Shown here piece by piece: positions 18,267 to 27,887 of a DNA stretch of 64,000 bases. Made by a program: the position numbers and the translations under genes. Under the pieces are notes generated by a model. It was given only the letters and a program-made list of their open reading frames with translations. It was not told the DNA's origin and searched no databases. Location: contig JAVLKG010000003.1 of assembly GCA_032128875.1 (NCBI GenBank), positions 760,974 to 824,973 on the forward strand, read 5' to 3'. This DNA comes from Candidatus Melainabacteria bacterium 17Bon1m (lineage in GTDB: Bacteria > Cyanobacteriota > Vampirovibrionia > Obscuribacterales > Obscuribacteraceae). The number at the start of each line of letters is the position of its first letter. Within the stretch, counting starts at the first letter, position 1.

Positions 18267-19502
18267 CTAAGGTTGTGTTGAGACCGGCGTTTCACTCGAC
18301 TCTGTAGGGTTTTCAAAAGAAGTCTTGACTCTTTGGGTCGAATCAACGGAGTAGTCGCGGTCTTTCCATTTGACTTGTCGTCCGCTGACAAAGCAATAAG
18401 CTGAGTTTATGTATACAGCGCTTGTAAGAACGGACCCAAGCGGCAAAAGGAAGAAATAGAGAGGATTAAGCCCTTTGTAGAATGCTGTGCTTTTAACGTA
18501 CCAAATTAAGATACATGCGAATTGCAGGGCGAGAAATTCCCAGATCATAAAGACCGGAACGACTTGTGAAATGCTCGCAGGACTCATCATGGTGATTGCT
18601 AAAGTGACAAACGGAGCCGCAAACCATAGATTTAGCAAAACAACAATTCCAATCAGACTGGTCATGTTGCAGTTGATGATTGCATAGGCATTTTTTGTCC
18701 AGCCCTTCCATAGTTCCGAAAAATTGGTGTACATTCTCACTGTATACAGCGGACGACCATCGCAAGCAGTGACGGAGAAGCCCTTTTCTTTTGTCACTCG
18801 GCCGATGGAAATATCGTCGAGGATTTGATCTTTCACTGACTCGTGTCCGCCGATTGCATCATAGGTGGTGCGCCTAACCATAATGTATTGACCATATGCA
18901 TACGATCTCGGGTTCTTGGGATCGTTTATCGAGTTGGTCGGATCGCCCGCCAGGAAAGAACCTATGAGCACCGGCATAAGTACTCTCTCTCCAAAACTAT
19001 ACAGCTCTTGTACAGGCATGAACGAGATCATGTCGACGTTGTATTTAATCGCGGCGCCTATTGCGTCTCTCAAGGAGTTTGGATGGTGGTAAGTGTCAGC
19101 ATCAGTAAAAACAAGCCAATCTCCCCCTGCGTGCGGCGTTCCGTGGTCGAGTGCATTGCACTTTCCGAGCCAGCCGGTTCGGTTTTCTCTGCCTTGAATG
19201 ACTTTGATGTTTGAAAATTTCTGCGCCAGATCACTAATGATCTGGCCTGATGAGTCTGTTGATTTATCGTCGATAACGATAATGTCGAAATTTGGATAGT
19301 TTTGCCTGGCCAGAGACTCCAGGCATCGTGCGACCTTGCCTTCTTCATTTCTGACGGGCACAACAACACTAATTGATGGAAGTTGTTCGTTTGCTAAATC
19401 GCATTTTTGCACCGTGCGAAATGTCGCGAAAAAAGACAGCATCATGGCGACAAAAACAACCAGCGCCAGCGTGTTGATAAGCAGAAATGCGGCAAAGAGC
19501 AT
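18267..19502 (-). CDS. GT2 glycosyltransferase (CrtQ/HpnB-like)
   Basis: VPVRNEE, DDKSTD, GWLGKCNAL, FTDAD, YGQY, ILDD, RMY...GWTKN; C-terminal TM helices. Confidence 0.9.
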   Translation of the reverse strand: MLFAAFLLINTLALVVFVAMMLSFFATFRTVQKCDLANEQLPSISVVVPVRNEEGKVARCLESLARQNYPNFDIIVIDDKSTDSSGQIISDLAQKFSNIKVIQGRENRTGWLGKCNALDHGTPHAGGDWLVFTDADTYHHPNSLRDAIGAAIKYNVDMISFMPVQELYSFGERVLMPVLIGSFLAGDPTNSINDPKNPRSYAYGQYIMVRRTTYDAIGGHESVKDQILDDISIGRVTKEKGFSVTACDGRPLYTVRMYTNFSELWKGWTKNAYAIINCNMTSLIGIVVLLNLWFAAPFVTLAITMMSPASISQVVPVFMIWEFLALQFACILIWYVKSTAFYKGLNPLYFFLLPLGSVLTSAVYINSAYCFVSGRQVKWKDRDYSVDSTQRVKTSFENPTESSETPVSTQP

Positions 19503-19504
19503 AG

Positions 19505-20287
19505 CTACATTCCTGCTGTTAGACCACCATCTACCGCAATCGTTGCTCCTGAAACATAGCGAGCGTCATCTGAGCAAAGGAAAAGCACGACGGATGCTAC
19601 TTCTTCCGGAAGACCTACACGCAACATCGGTATGTTTGCTTTTACAAACTCGTCAAGAACTTCCGGTCCACTTCTGCCGACGCGCGCCCCTACTTCCTTG
19701 TTGAAACGCTCACACAGAGGCGTTTTGATGCAGCCAGGGCAGATGCAGTTGCAACGAACACCGTGCGCGCCGTAATCCAATGCAATCGACTTGGTAAGGT
19801 GGATGATTCCGGCTTTCGACGTGCTGTAGGCAGCGTTTAAGCGGATGCCGCGCAGACCTGCATCCGAGGCATTATTGGTAATGACGCCGAACCCGTTGCG
19901 AACCATATGCTCGGCTGCGGCGCGGGCCACCATAAATGTTCCTTTCAAATTGGTGTCGAGTACCTGGTCCCACTGCTCATCTGTTGTCTCGAGAAGCGGC
20001 GCGACATATTCACAGCCGGCGTTGTTAAGGACAAAATCCAACCCACCCAATTTTGAAACTGTATCTTTAATACTGTTGGTGACTAGTTCTGAATTCGAGA
20101 CGTCTCCGTGAATTGCCAGACACTTTCCGCCTGCAGACTCGATGGTTTTAGCCGTGCCCTGGGCGCCTTCGGCATCGACATCAACGATTGCCACCGAAGC
20201 ACCTTCGTTTGCAAATGCAATAGCAGTCGCTCTGCCAATGCCTGAGCCACCACCGGTGATGTATGCGGTTTTATTCTTAAATCTCAC
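19505..20287 (-). CDS. Short-chain dehydrogenase/reductase
   Basis: TGGGSGIG, NNAG, YSTSK, VDGG. Confidence 0.95.
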   Translation of the reverse strand: MRFKNKTAYITGGGSGIGRATAIAFANEGASVAIVDVDAEGAQGTAKTIESAGGKCLAIHGDVSNSELVTNSIKDTVSKLGGLDFVLNNAGCEYVAPLLETTDEQWDQVLDTNLKGTFMVARAAAEHMVRNGFGVITNNASDAGLRGIRLNAAYSTSKAGIIHLTKSIALDYGAHGVRCNCICPGCIKTPLCERFNKEVGARVGRSGPEVLDEFVKANIPMLRVGLPEEVASVVLFLCSDDARYVSGATIAVDGGLTAGM

Positions 20288-20318
20288 TTTTCGAGTCTGC
20301 TTTCGGCGAATAACTTCG

Positions 20319-20624
20319 TTATTCTTCGCCTTCCTTGCCCTGCTTGCTGACCATCTCGGTGAGCGATTCGATGATTACTTGATCGCTTCTGTGCTGCCAG
20401 TCCAGTGCTTTCATCAAGTCTTCGCGCGACATAATGCCCTTAGCCAAGACCAGCTCGCCAAATGGCATTCCGGACTTCTCTTGCTCTTTGATCAGGTCTT
20501 CTAATTGCACGAGAGTGATTTTGCCGTGCTTGAGAAGAATCTCGCCGAGCTTTTCGGGGCGCGTGAGTATGTCCCACTTTTGCTCGTCGTTGAGGTCTTC
20601 TTCTTTTTGATCATTAGGGTCCAT
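20319..20624 (-). CDS. Stand-alone MshEN-like (c-di-GMP-binding) small protein
   Basis: Two tandem motifs, KLGEILLKHGKITLVQLEDLIKEQ and PFGELVLAKGIMSREDLMKALDWQ; ATG 20624 has an AAGGA RBS. Confidence 0.75.
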   Translation of the reverse strand: MDPNDQKEEDLNDEQKWDILTRPEKLGEILLKHGKITLVQLEDLIKEQEKSGMPFGELVLAKGIMSREDLMKALDWQHRSDQVIIESLTEMVSKQGKEGEE

Positions 20625-20783
20625 GAGCAAATCCTTGGAATTGGGATTCTGGTTCAAAACGAATTTCGTCTTGTCTGTGCAGCGGGCAGGGACACCAATT
20701 GTTTGTCTCGAACTATATTGTATTTAGACTCTACGAGATTTTAGCAGAGCATTTGTACAGTACATGTCAGAGACAGTTAGAGG

Positions 20784-21752
20784 CTAAGCCGCTTTCGGTT
20801 TTGGCTTCGCCGTAGCGGTTCCTTTTGCCTCACGCCACATTACAAGCAGGCAGCTCGCGTTGAAGATTGAGGAGTAGGTTCCGGAGATGATACCCAAGAG
20901 CATAGCCAGAACGAAGTCCTTTGTCGTCACCCCGCCGAGGAAGTAGAGGACGGTCAAAGTGATGACAACGGTCAGCGAAGTGTAGATAGAGCGGGCGAGA
21001 GTCTGGTTGACGCTGTCGTTGGCGACATGCCCGAAGTTTTTCTTGTACTCGTTGCCGCTGGCATCTGTAGCTTTGCTGCCGACGTATTTGACGTTTTCTC
21101 TGACTCTATCGAATACAACGATTGTGTCGTGAACCGAGAAACCTATCACAGTAAGAACAGCCGAGATAAACAAGCTGTCTACCTCTGTGCCCATCACCAA
21201 TCCGAGGATGGCGAAGATACCGCACAAAGCAATAACGTCGTGAAGCAGTGAGGCAATTGCACAAACTGCATAGTCGAATTGGAATCGATATGAGATGTAG
21301 CCGACCATCATCAAGAACGTGACGATGAGCGCGATTAGACCACTCGAGAGCAATTCTGGTCCGACCGTTGCACTGACTTTGTCAACTGACAAAACTTTGA
21401 ATTCGCCCAACTTAGAAGTCAGATCTGCGTCCAGCTTGCGCTTTTCGTCTTCGCTGTCGATTGCCTTCGTGCGCATGACGATGACTTCTTTTCCGGAAAT
21501 GAATGCTTGCTGAACTTGCGAACCCTCGAAGCCGGACTCGTTGAGCACCGCTCTGACTGTGTCGAGTGGGGCTGGTTTTTCAAATTGATACTGCAGAATG
21601 GAGCCGCCCGTGAAGTCAATTCCCGGCTTGAGCGGTGAATTGAATTTGGTCATGCAGATGACCATGGCGATAATTCCAGGCACCAAGATGACACCGGAAA
21701 TGCCTAGCCAGATCCAGCGATATTTGACCAGGTCTATCTTTATGCCCTTCAC
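20784..21752 (-). CDS. secF: Protein translocase subunit SecF
   Basis: GIDFTGG, HDVI, GFSVHDTIVVFDRVRE, GTYSSIF. Confidence 0.97.
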   Translation of the reverse strand: MKGIKIDLVKYRWIWLGISGVILVPGIIAMVICMTKFNSPLKPGIDFTGGSILQYQFEKPAPLDTVRAVLNESGFEGSQVQQAFISGKEVIVMRTKAIDSEDEKRKLDADLTSKLGEFKVLSVDKVSATVGPELLSSGLIALIVTFLMMVGYISYRFQFDYAVCAIASLLHDVIALCGIFAILGLVMGTEVDSLFISAVLTVIGFSVHDTIVVFDRVRENVKYVGSKATDASGNEYKKNFGHVANDSVNQTLARSIYTSLTVVITLTVLYFLGGVTTKDFVLAMLLGIISGTYSSIFNASCLLVMWREAKGTATAKPKPKAA

Positions 21753-23356
21753 CGCGCCTCCTCTTTCGTTGCTTCAGCTTCTTTGAAAATCTGTTGTTTT
21801 TTGATCTCGTGACCTTTCTTGTCGTACTTGTGTCCGAACATGCCGAGGCTCTTCGGTATCAAGTGCAACATCGCACGAGTGGCTGTAATGGCGGTAAACA
21901 TCGAGACGGCCACACCGATTGCCAGTGTGACGGCGAAACCTTTTACGATTGATGTGCCGCACAACATAAGAACGCCGCAAGCAATCAAACTGTTGACGTT
22001 GCTGTCGAAGATTGATGTAAATGCTCTTCCGAAGCCATTCTCGATGGCGACGTACAAGCCTTTGCCACTGTTCAATTCTTCTTTTGTTCTCTCGAAAATC
22101 AGAATGTTGGCATCTACCGCCATACCGACTGACAGAATGAAACCGGCTATACCAGCCAATGTTAGAGTGACGGGCACGGCTTTAAAAATAGCCAGCGTCG
22201 TAATCGTATATAGAACAAGTGCGACGTCAGCGATCAATCCGGGCAATCCGTAGACCAGAATCATGAAGACCATAACGGCGGCAATGCCGACTGCACCGGC
22301 AAGCAAACTCTTTTGAATGGAGTCTTGACCGAGCGTGGCGCCAACTGTTCTTTCTTCCAAAATCTTGACCGGTACAGGCAATGCACCGGCATTCAGTTTT
22401 ACTGCCAGATCCACCGCTTGGTCGCGGCTGAAGTTGCCGGTGATTTCGCCGGTGCCGCCTAAGATCGGCTCGCGTACATTGACGCCGCGATATTCGACAA
22501 GCGAGACAGGGCGACCATCTTGTCCTCTGTCGGTCGGTTCGCCATCAAGGAAGATACCGATTTGTCTGCCGACCAGACGTTGGGTCATCTCGCCGAATTT
22601 CTTGGCGCCTTCTGGTTTGAATTCAAAGGAAACGCGCCACAATCCGCCTGAAACCATTGGTGATCCTTGCGCGTGTTTGAAGTCTGCGCCGGTCAAACCG
22701 GTTTCTTTCCAAACGGGCCCGCCGTTTGGTCCAATGATAGGACGACCGCTTTCGTCGTAAGCCATCTCTTTGAATTCGAGAAGGGCGGTCGTACCAATTC
22801 TGTCTTTAGCTTGTTGTGGGTCTTTGATACCGGGCATTTCAACGATCAAGCGATCTTTGCCTGAGCGCTGGACTAAAGTTTCTGAAACACCAAGACTATT
22901 GATGCGGTTGTTGATGACTGTTTCAACACCATTCATAACTTGTGGGTTGATCTCGGGCACCAGCTTGCTGGGCAGTGCCTGCAGCAAAAGTTGGCTGCCT
23001 CCTCGCAAGTCGAGACCAAGTTTGAGCGTCGTGAAAAGAACGTAGCCGTTGTAATGCTCGATGATTTGCATGTTGTTGGCCATCTGCGCATTGTCGGTCG
23101 TGCGCTTATACAAATCTTCCTTTTCGTACTCGTTCATCTTCTCGTAGCCGGGAGTTTCTCTCACCCGTTTTTCTACTTCGATTTTGAGTGCGTCCGGAGT
23201 GAGTTCAGCTAACTTTTGCCAGTCTGAAACGGTTTTTTCCGGCTCGACTTGAAAGAGTGTTGTGAGCGACCAGATCAAAACGATAATGACTGCGATTGGC
23301 TTCCAGTCTTTTATAAATGAGCCGGAGCTAACTTGCGGCTTCGACGGAGATAGCAT
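21749..23356 (-). CDS. secD: Protein translocase subunit SecD
   Basis: LGLDLRGG, GALPVP, GMAVDANILIFER, IFDSN, KGFAVTL; 4-bp overlap with secF. Confidence 0.97.
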   Translation of the reverse strand: MLSPSKPQVSSGSFIKDWKPIAVIIVLIWSLTTLFQVEPEKTVSDWQKLAELTPDALKIEVEKRVRETPGYEKMNEYEKEDLYKRTTDNAQMANNMQIIEHYNGYVLFTTLKLGLDLRGGSQLLLQALPSKLVPEINPQVMNGVETVINNRINSLGVSETLVQRSGKDRLIVEMPGIKDPQQAKDRIGTTALLEFKEMAYDESGRPIIGPNGGPVWKETGLTGADFKHAQGSPMVSGGLWRVSFEFKPEGAKKFGEMTQRLVGRQIGIFLDGEPTDRGQDGRPVSLVEYRGVNVREPILGGTGEITGNFSRDQAVDLAVKLNAGALPVPVKILEERTVGATLGQDSIQKSLLAGAVGIAAVMVFMILVYGLPGLIADVALVLYTITTLAIFKAVPVTLTLAGIAGFILSVGMAVDANILIFERTKEELNSGKGLYVAIENGFGRAFTSIFDSNVNSLIACGVLMLCGTSIVKGFAVTLAIGVAVSMFTAITATRAMLHLIPKSLGMFGHKYDKKGHEIKKQQIFKEAEATKEEAR

Positions 23357-23447
23357 CGATTGAGACTTTCCTTGATTTTACGACCGGCAAATTATAAAGG
23401 TGCCTGAGGCTTTGTGTCCCTCAGACTGTCTTATGTTTGATATCAAT

Positions 23448-23487
23448 CGATGCACTAAGCGTGCAAGCGATGCACAAAGGGTGCAAG
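23448..23487. repeat. Two tandem 20-bp units, each containing TGCAC-N5-GTGCA, upstream of secD
   Basis: cgatgcactaagcgtgcaag / cgatgcacaaagggtgcaag. Confidence 0.75.
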
Positions 23488-23522
23488 GTCGACGTTCAGA
23501 AATCGAGTTATCAAGGCGCTGT

Positions 23523-24221
23523 CTAAACCGAGCAGACGCGGTCTCCGCCGCGTTGCATGGCCATCTCAAGAGCTTGGATGGAACGCGCAACCAATTCGTC
23601 GTGTTCGCGAGCGTGTGCAGGAAATGCGGCCAGCCCAACCGAAGCTGTAACTTTCAAGTTGTGCCAGTTGTGGGTGATCGCTTGCGAGCCGATGCGCTGG
23701 CGAATGCGCTCAGCAACTATCTGGGCGCCGGAAGAGTTTGTTTCCGGGAAGATGATGGCAAATTCTTCAGCGCTGTAGCGAGCTGGGATATCAACGTCTC
23801 TGACCGCTCCTTGCAAGACAGAGCCGATGACTTTCAGCACGGCATCAGATGTAAGGGCGCCGTACTGTCTGGAAATGTCTTTAAAGTTGTCTACGGTGAC
23901 CATGCAAAGAGCGACAGGGCGTTTGTAACGCTTGGCGCGTTTCAACTCTTCCTTAATCTCTTTGAGGAATGTCCTTGAGTTGTAAAGCTCGGTGAGAGTG
24001 TCGAGCAATGCCAGGCGTTCAATTTCCTCGCCCTTGACCATGCTCATCTTATTTTCTGTGGTGGTCAAAAGCGAGCGTTGCTCCAGCTCTTTGACTCGTT
24101 CTAAAACCTGACTGTCCATGTACGAACGATTGCCAAGCTGCTTGAGACGATTAGGATTGTCGAGGACTCGGCAAAACATGCATGTTCTGCCGCTGCAAAT
24201 GTGATCCGTGCGTCTTTCCAT
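23523..24221 (-). CDS. Degenerate GGDEF-domain protein with an N-terminal HxC-x4-CxxC motif
   Basis: DTLTELYN, VDNFK, I-site RDVD, A-site ARYSAEEF, VTASVGLA. Confidence 0.88.
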   Translation of the reverse strand: MERRTDHICSGRTCMFCRVLDNPNRLKQLGNRSYMDSQVLERVKELEQRSLLTTTENKMSMVKGEEIERLALLDTLTELYNSRTFLKEIKEELKRAKRYKRPVALCMVTVDNFKDISRQYGALTSDAVLKVIGSVLQGAVRDVDIPARYSAEEFAIIFPETNSSGAQIVAERIRQRIGSQAITHNWHNLKVTASVGLAAFPAHAREHDELVARSIQALEMAMQRGGDRVCSV

Positions 24222-24386
24222 GTTTGTTGGACCTTCCTGGCTGGGCCTGACTAAGGCGCTTGGCTATTGGTTCTATATAGATTTCGGCGGCTAAGGGATA
24301 CTTTCCCCCGGGGCTATTACGCAAAACCCCGAACTAAAGTATAGATGAATTTCAGGCTCGTGTGCGCACAGCCAGGCTCAGCTCTC

Positions 24387-25778
24387 CTAATTACGACTGA
24401 GCTTGCCTTCAGACACGATGAATTGTCCATCTACGAGTAAATCTCGCAGGCGTGCGCCACCGGAAATCAGCAGATTGTATGGACACAGCGATTCCTTTTC
24501 GCTGTCGGAAAGAGGGGCGGGTGGCAGAGCAAAAACGGCAATATCGGCGCGTTTGCCTGACTGCAAGCTGCCGATCAAATGATCCATTTTTAGTGCAATC
24601 GCGGCTTCCATCGTCATTGCTTCGACAAGCTGTCTTGCCGTTGGAAGATGGTGCCCGCCTTCTTCTCCTTCGTTTTCGTCAGCATTGTACGGTGCCAGGC
24701 GATGTGCATTGAGTGCGAATTGGGCTTCGGAAAGCAGGCTCAGGTCATCGTTGGATGCCAGGCTGTCTGTGCCCAGCCCGACCGTAATTCCGTGTTCGAG
24801 CATTTTGGAATACGGTGCCAGGCCGTTCTTAAGGCGTGCATTAGAGCGCGGGCAGTGAGCGATCTTGACGTTATGTTCGGACAAAATCGTCAAATCCTCT
24901 CTGTCTGTATGAACTGCGTGCGCGGCTATCAGCCATTCATTTAATAGCCCGTAGTTCTTCAAATGTTTTACCGGCGTGAGGCCTCGCCCAGCCCATCTTG
25001 GTTTTAGCTTTTCTGAGGAAGTTTCGGTTCGCATCGAAAATGCCAAAAACTCGTGAACAATTTCGTTGCTGGCCGCCAACCACTGACATTCCTCTTGCGA
25101 CTCTGCGAGGTGCGCCAAAACAGGCAGGTTGAACTTCTTTGCCCACGTAGCAGCTTTCAACCACAAAGACGGACACACCGTATATGGTGCGTGAGGTGAA
25201 ACAGTAAGAGTCAGGGTTTGCTTTTCCAGCGCTTCTTTTAATGGAGGGAAGTCTGTTTCGCTCAGGGCTTCAAAGCGCGAAAGCCAGTTCGACCAGGTGT
25301 TATCTGATTCAGCGTCGGATAGTCCGAAAATCTCCAAACCGACGACGCCTCTCAGCCCTACTTGAGCCAGAGCCTTGGCTGCTTGTCCGGAAAATGAAGA
25401 ATCGACCACTGTGCTCGTCCCGGTAAAGGCTGCCAGACGGGCTCCGTACAATGCAGATTGAAACCATTTGTCGCCGGGCCACTCTCGGGAGCTGGTTACT
25501 AATCCTTCTATCCATTCGAAAAACGGCAGGTCTGTGGCGAAGGCGCGCAGGGCGGAATAGTCGAGATGCGAGTGCAGGTTGATCAAACCTGGCATTATGA
25601 CCGCGTCTTTATAGTCTTCAGCGCGCTCTATTTGCTGATTTTTGTAAATGCTATTGAACTGTGGTCTGGCATAAACGCCTTCAATAATGCCGTTGTCGAT
25701 CACGACTACGGCGTCGTGGATTGGCTCCCCTACGACAGGAATAGCCCATCTGGCTGCCAGGCAAAGTTTCCCACCCAT
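24387..25778 (-). CDS. Amidohydrolase, MTA/SAH/5'-deoxyadenosine deaminase-like (ORF track extends to 25901)
   Basis: PGLINLHSHL, PHAPYT, HLAES, AHCPRSN, LGTDS, GSLQSGKRADI. Confidence 0.9.
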   Translation of the reverse strand: MGGKLCLAARWAIPVVGEPIHDAVVVIDNGIIEGVYARPQFNSIYKNQQIERAEDYKDAVIMPGLINLHSHLDYSALRAFATDLPFFEWIEGLVTSSREWPGDKWFQSALYGARLAAFTGTSTVVDSSFSGQAAKALAQVGLRGVVGLEIFGLSDAESDNTWSNWLSRFEALSETDFPPLKEALEKQTLTLTVSPHAPYTVCPSLWLKAATWAKKFNLPVLAHLAESQEECQWLAASNEIVHEFLAFSMRTETSSEKLKPRWAGRGLTPVKHLKNYGLLNEWLIAAHAVHTDREDLTILSEHNVKIAHCPRSNARLKNGLAPYSKMLEHGITVGLGTDSLASNDDLSLLSEAQFALNAHRLAPYNADENEGEEGGHHLPTARQLVEAMTMEAAIALKMDHLIGSLQSGKRADIAVFALPPAPLSDSEKESLCPYNLLISGGARLRDLLVDGQFIVSEGKLSRN

Positions 25779-25932
25779 GATTCCGTCTTTCTCACTTGCT
25801 CCTGAAAACTTGGCAGGAGCCCTACTTATTGTTGTAATATTATCTTCGTTCGGTGTTTGCGTCTCGTAGGGACGGCATACATGCCGCTCGGGTTGCAGCA
25901 TGCGTCTCGAGGCGGCCAGCTTTCTAAGGAAG

Positions 25933-25950
25933 CGAATCGTTATCGATTCG
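25933..25950. promoter_or_regulatory. Palindrome CGAATCG-TTAT-CGATTCG (recurrent motif)
   Basis: Perfect 7-bp arms; 25933-25952 is the exact reverse complement of 34520-34539. Confidence 0.6.
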
Positions 25951-26014
25951 GTATTCCGAAGGAAGCCAGGGGGCTCGGTTTTGTAGCCGGGTAAAAATTA
26001 GGTAGAAGAGATTC

Positions 26015-26599
26015 GTGAAAATCAGTTATGACGAGCTGAAAACCTTGCCGGGTGGGCGGTTGGAATTCTCATTCAATGAGAATCTGGCTGGTCTTGATGC
26101 GGTAAAGCCGGTTGTCGGTGAACTGCAAGCCGGGCTGTCGGCCGCCGGAATGAGGTTGAGTGGAACGGTCAAGACGCTCTTGAAGCTATCTTGTCATCGT
26201 TGCCTGAAGCCCTATTTCCAAGCGCTGACGGTTGATATAGATGAGCGCTTTGTTAACTTGGTTGAATATGCCGACTTCGCGGGGGCCGAAACCAAGGAGC
26301 GGGAGCTCAAGTACGACGACTTTTTCGAGTATCTTCCTGAAGATGGCTTGCTTGACATCAGCGATGTTGTATATCAAGCTGTTACATTGGCCACCCCGAC
26401 CTATTGCCATTGCGGCGATGAGTGTCCGGGCCTTCCCGAAAAGGAAGCCCGTACTGGTGCGGGTTCCGGGCGTTCCTCGGAATCTGTGGCTTCGTCTTCC
26501 GACGCAGATTTAGAAAGATTAGACGAAAATTCAATTGATCCGCGATGGAAGAACTTAAAGACTCTATTTCAAAAGGGTAAATCTGGCGAAGAGTCGTAG
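26015..26599 (+). CDS. yceD: DUF177/YceD family protein
   Basis: CHRCL, C.C...C.G motifs, IDPRWKNLK; directly upstream of rpmF. Confidence 0.9.
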   Translation: MKISYDELKTLPGGRLEFSFNENLAGLDAVKPVVGELQAGLSAAGMRLSGTVKTLLKLSCHRCLKPYFQALTVDIDERFVNLVEYADFAGAETKERELKYDDFFEYLPEDGLLDISDVVYQAVTLATPTYCHCGDECPGLPEKEARTGAGSGRSSESVASSSDADLERLDENSIDPRWKNLKTLFQKGKSGEES

Positions 26600-26639
26600 A
26601 TAATATTCAATCCGCCAAGGCATGGAGGTCACATAGGCT

Positions 26640-26831
26640 ATGGCACAGCCAAAGAAGAAAACGTCGCACCAGAAGCAGCATCAAAGAAGAGCTCACTGGA
26701 AGGCTGAAGAAATCAATATCGCCAAGTGCAGTAATTGCAGTTCGCCCGCGCGTTCGCACCAAATCTGCATCGTCTGTGGTTATTACGGCGGACGCCCAGC
26801 GCGTCGTCGTGACAACGTAGTTACTGAATAG
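26640..26831 (+). CDS. rpmF: 50S ribosomal protein L32 (Zn-ribbon type)
   Basis: MAQPKKKTS...RRAHW, CSNC, CIVCGYY; GGAGG RBS. Confidence 0.95.
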   Translation: MAQPKKKTSHQKQHQRRAHWKAEEINIAKCSNCSSPARSHQICIVCGYYGGRPARRRDNVVTE

Positions 26832-26873
26832 TTTTAGAGACGAGTAGTTGGCAGGGTTTACTGGGAGTCAAAG

Positions 26874-27887
26874 ATGATTCGCATTGCAGTGGACGCCATG
26901 GGTGGGGACTATGCCCCTCGCGAGGTTGTCCACGGTTCTGTAATTGCCGCACGCGAATACGGCGTCGCCGTGCAATTAGTCGGACCTACCGATGCAATTG
27001 AAAAAGAGCTGACGCGTCACGATCACGCCGGTCTCGATATTTCTATTGTTCCTGCCTCCGAAGTCGTGGCCATGGACGAAAAGCCTGGTCGCGCTATTGT
27101 CAAAAAGAAAGATTCGTCGATTGTTGTAGCCACCAAGCGTGTCTCTGATGGACTGGCAGATGGGCTTGTTGCCGCCGGCTCGACCGGAGCAGCTGCAGTC
27201 GCCGCCCAGCTCGGACTCGGACGTATCGCCAACGTAGACCGTTCTGCCATTTGTTGCACCATGCCGGCGACAACAGGCAAATGTCTTCTTGTCGATGTCG
27301 GCGCCAATGTAGACTGCACTCCGCACCAGCTTATGCAATTCGCCGTTATGGGCTCGATTGTGTCGGCTGGTCTTTTCAATAAGAAGAATCCGACAGTCGG
27401 TCTTCTTAATATCGGAACTGAAGAGACGAAAGGCAACGAGCTTGTGCAGGAAGCGTACAAACTTCTCAAGCAACAATCCGGAATCAATTTCATCGGTTTT
27501 GTCGAAGGACGCGATTTCCCTCTCGGTAAAGTTGATGTCACTGTCACGGACGGCTTTACTGGCAACGTCGCTTTGAAGACCGCCGAAGGTATCGCCAACA
27601 TGTGCAAGATCATGTTGCAGCAAGAATTGCTTAGATCGACACGAACAAAACTTGGAGCGGTCGTCATCAAGCCGGCGCTCGACGGGCTGAAGAATCGCGT
27701 CGACCATAATGTTTTCGGTGGCGCCCTTCTGGTCGGCGTCAAAGGTGTTTGTGTCATCGCCCATGGTGGCTCGAAGCACACAGCAATCAAGAACGCGATT
27801 CGCGTAGCTAAAGATATGGTGGCTGCCGATATCGTCAAGAAGATTGAGAACAGCTTCAGCATGACTGCGGCTGGGAGCAAGTCTTGA
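26874..27887 (+). CDS. plsX: Phosphate acyltransferase
   Basis: IAVDAMGGD, DVGAN, LLNIGTEETKG, DGFTGNVALK, HGGS. Confidence 0.97.
   Translation: MIRIAVDAMGGDYAPREVVHGSVIAAREYGVAVQLVGPTDAIEKELTRHDHAGLDISIVPASEVVAMDEKPGRAIVKKKDSSIVVATKRVSDGLADGLVAAGSTGAAAVAAQLGLGRIANVDRSAICCTMPATTGKCLLVDVGANVDCTPHQLMQFAVMGSIVSAGLFNKKNPTVGLLNIGTEETKGNELVQEAYKLLKQQSGINFIGFVEGRDFPLGKVDVTVTDGFTGNVALKTAEGIANMCKIMLQQELLRSTRTKLGAVVIKPALDGLKNRVDHNVFGGALLVGVKGVCVIAHGGSKHTAIKNAIRVAKDMVAADIVKKIENSFSMTAAGSKS

Noticed and set aside
19270..19280. TCGATAACGAT partial match to the recurrent palindrome inside the GT2 gene
   Set aside because: A short match explained by the coding sequence (IVIDD); the palindrome arms are missing.
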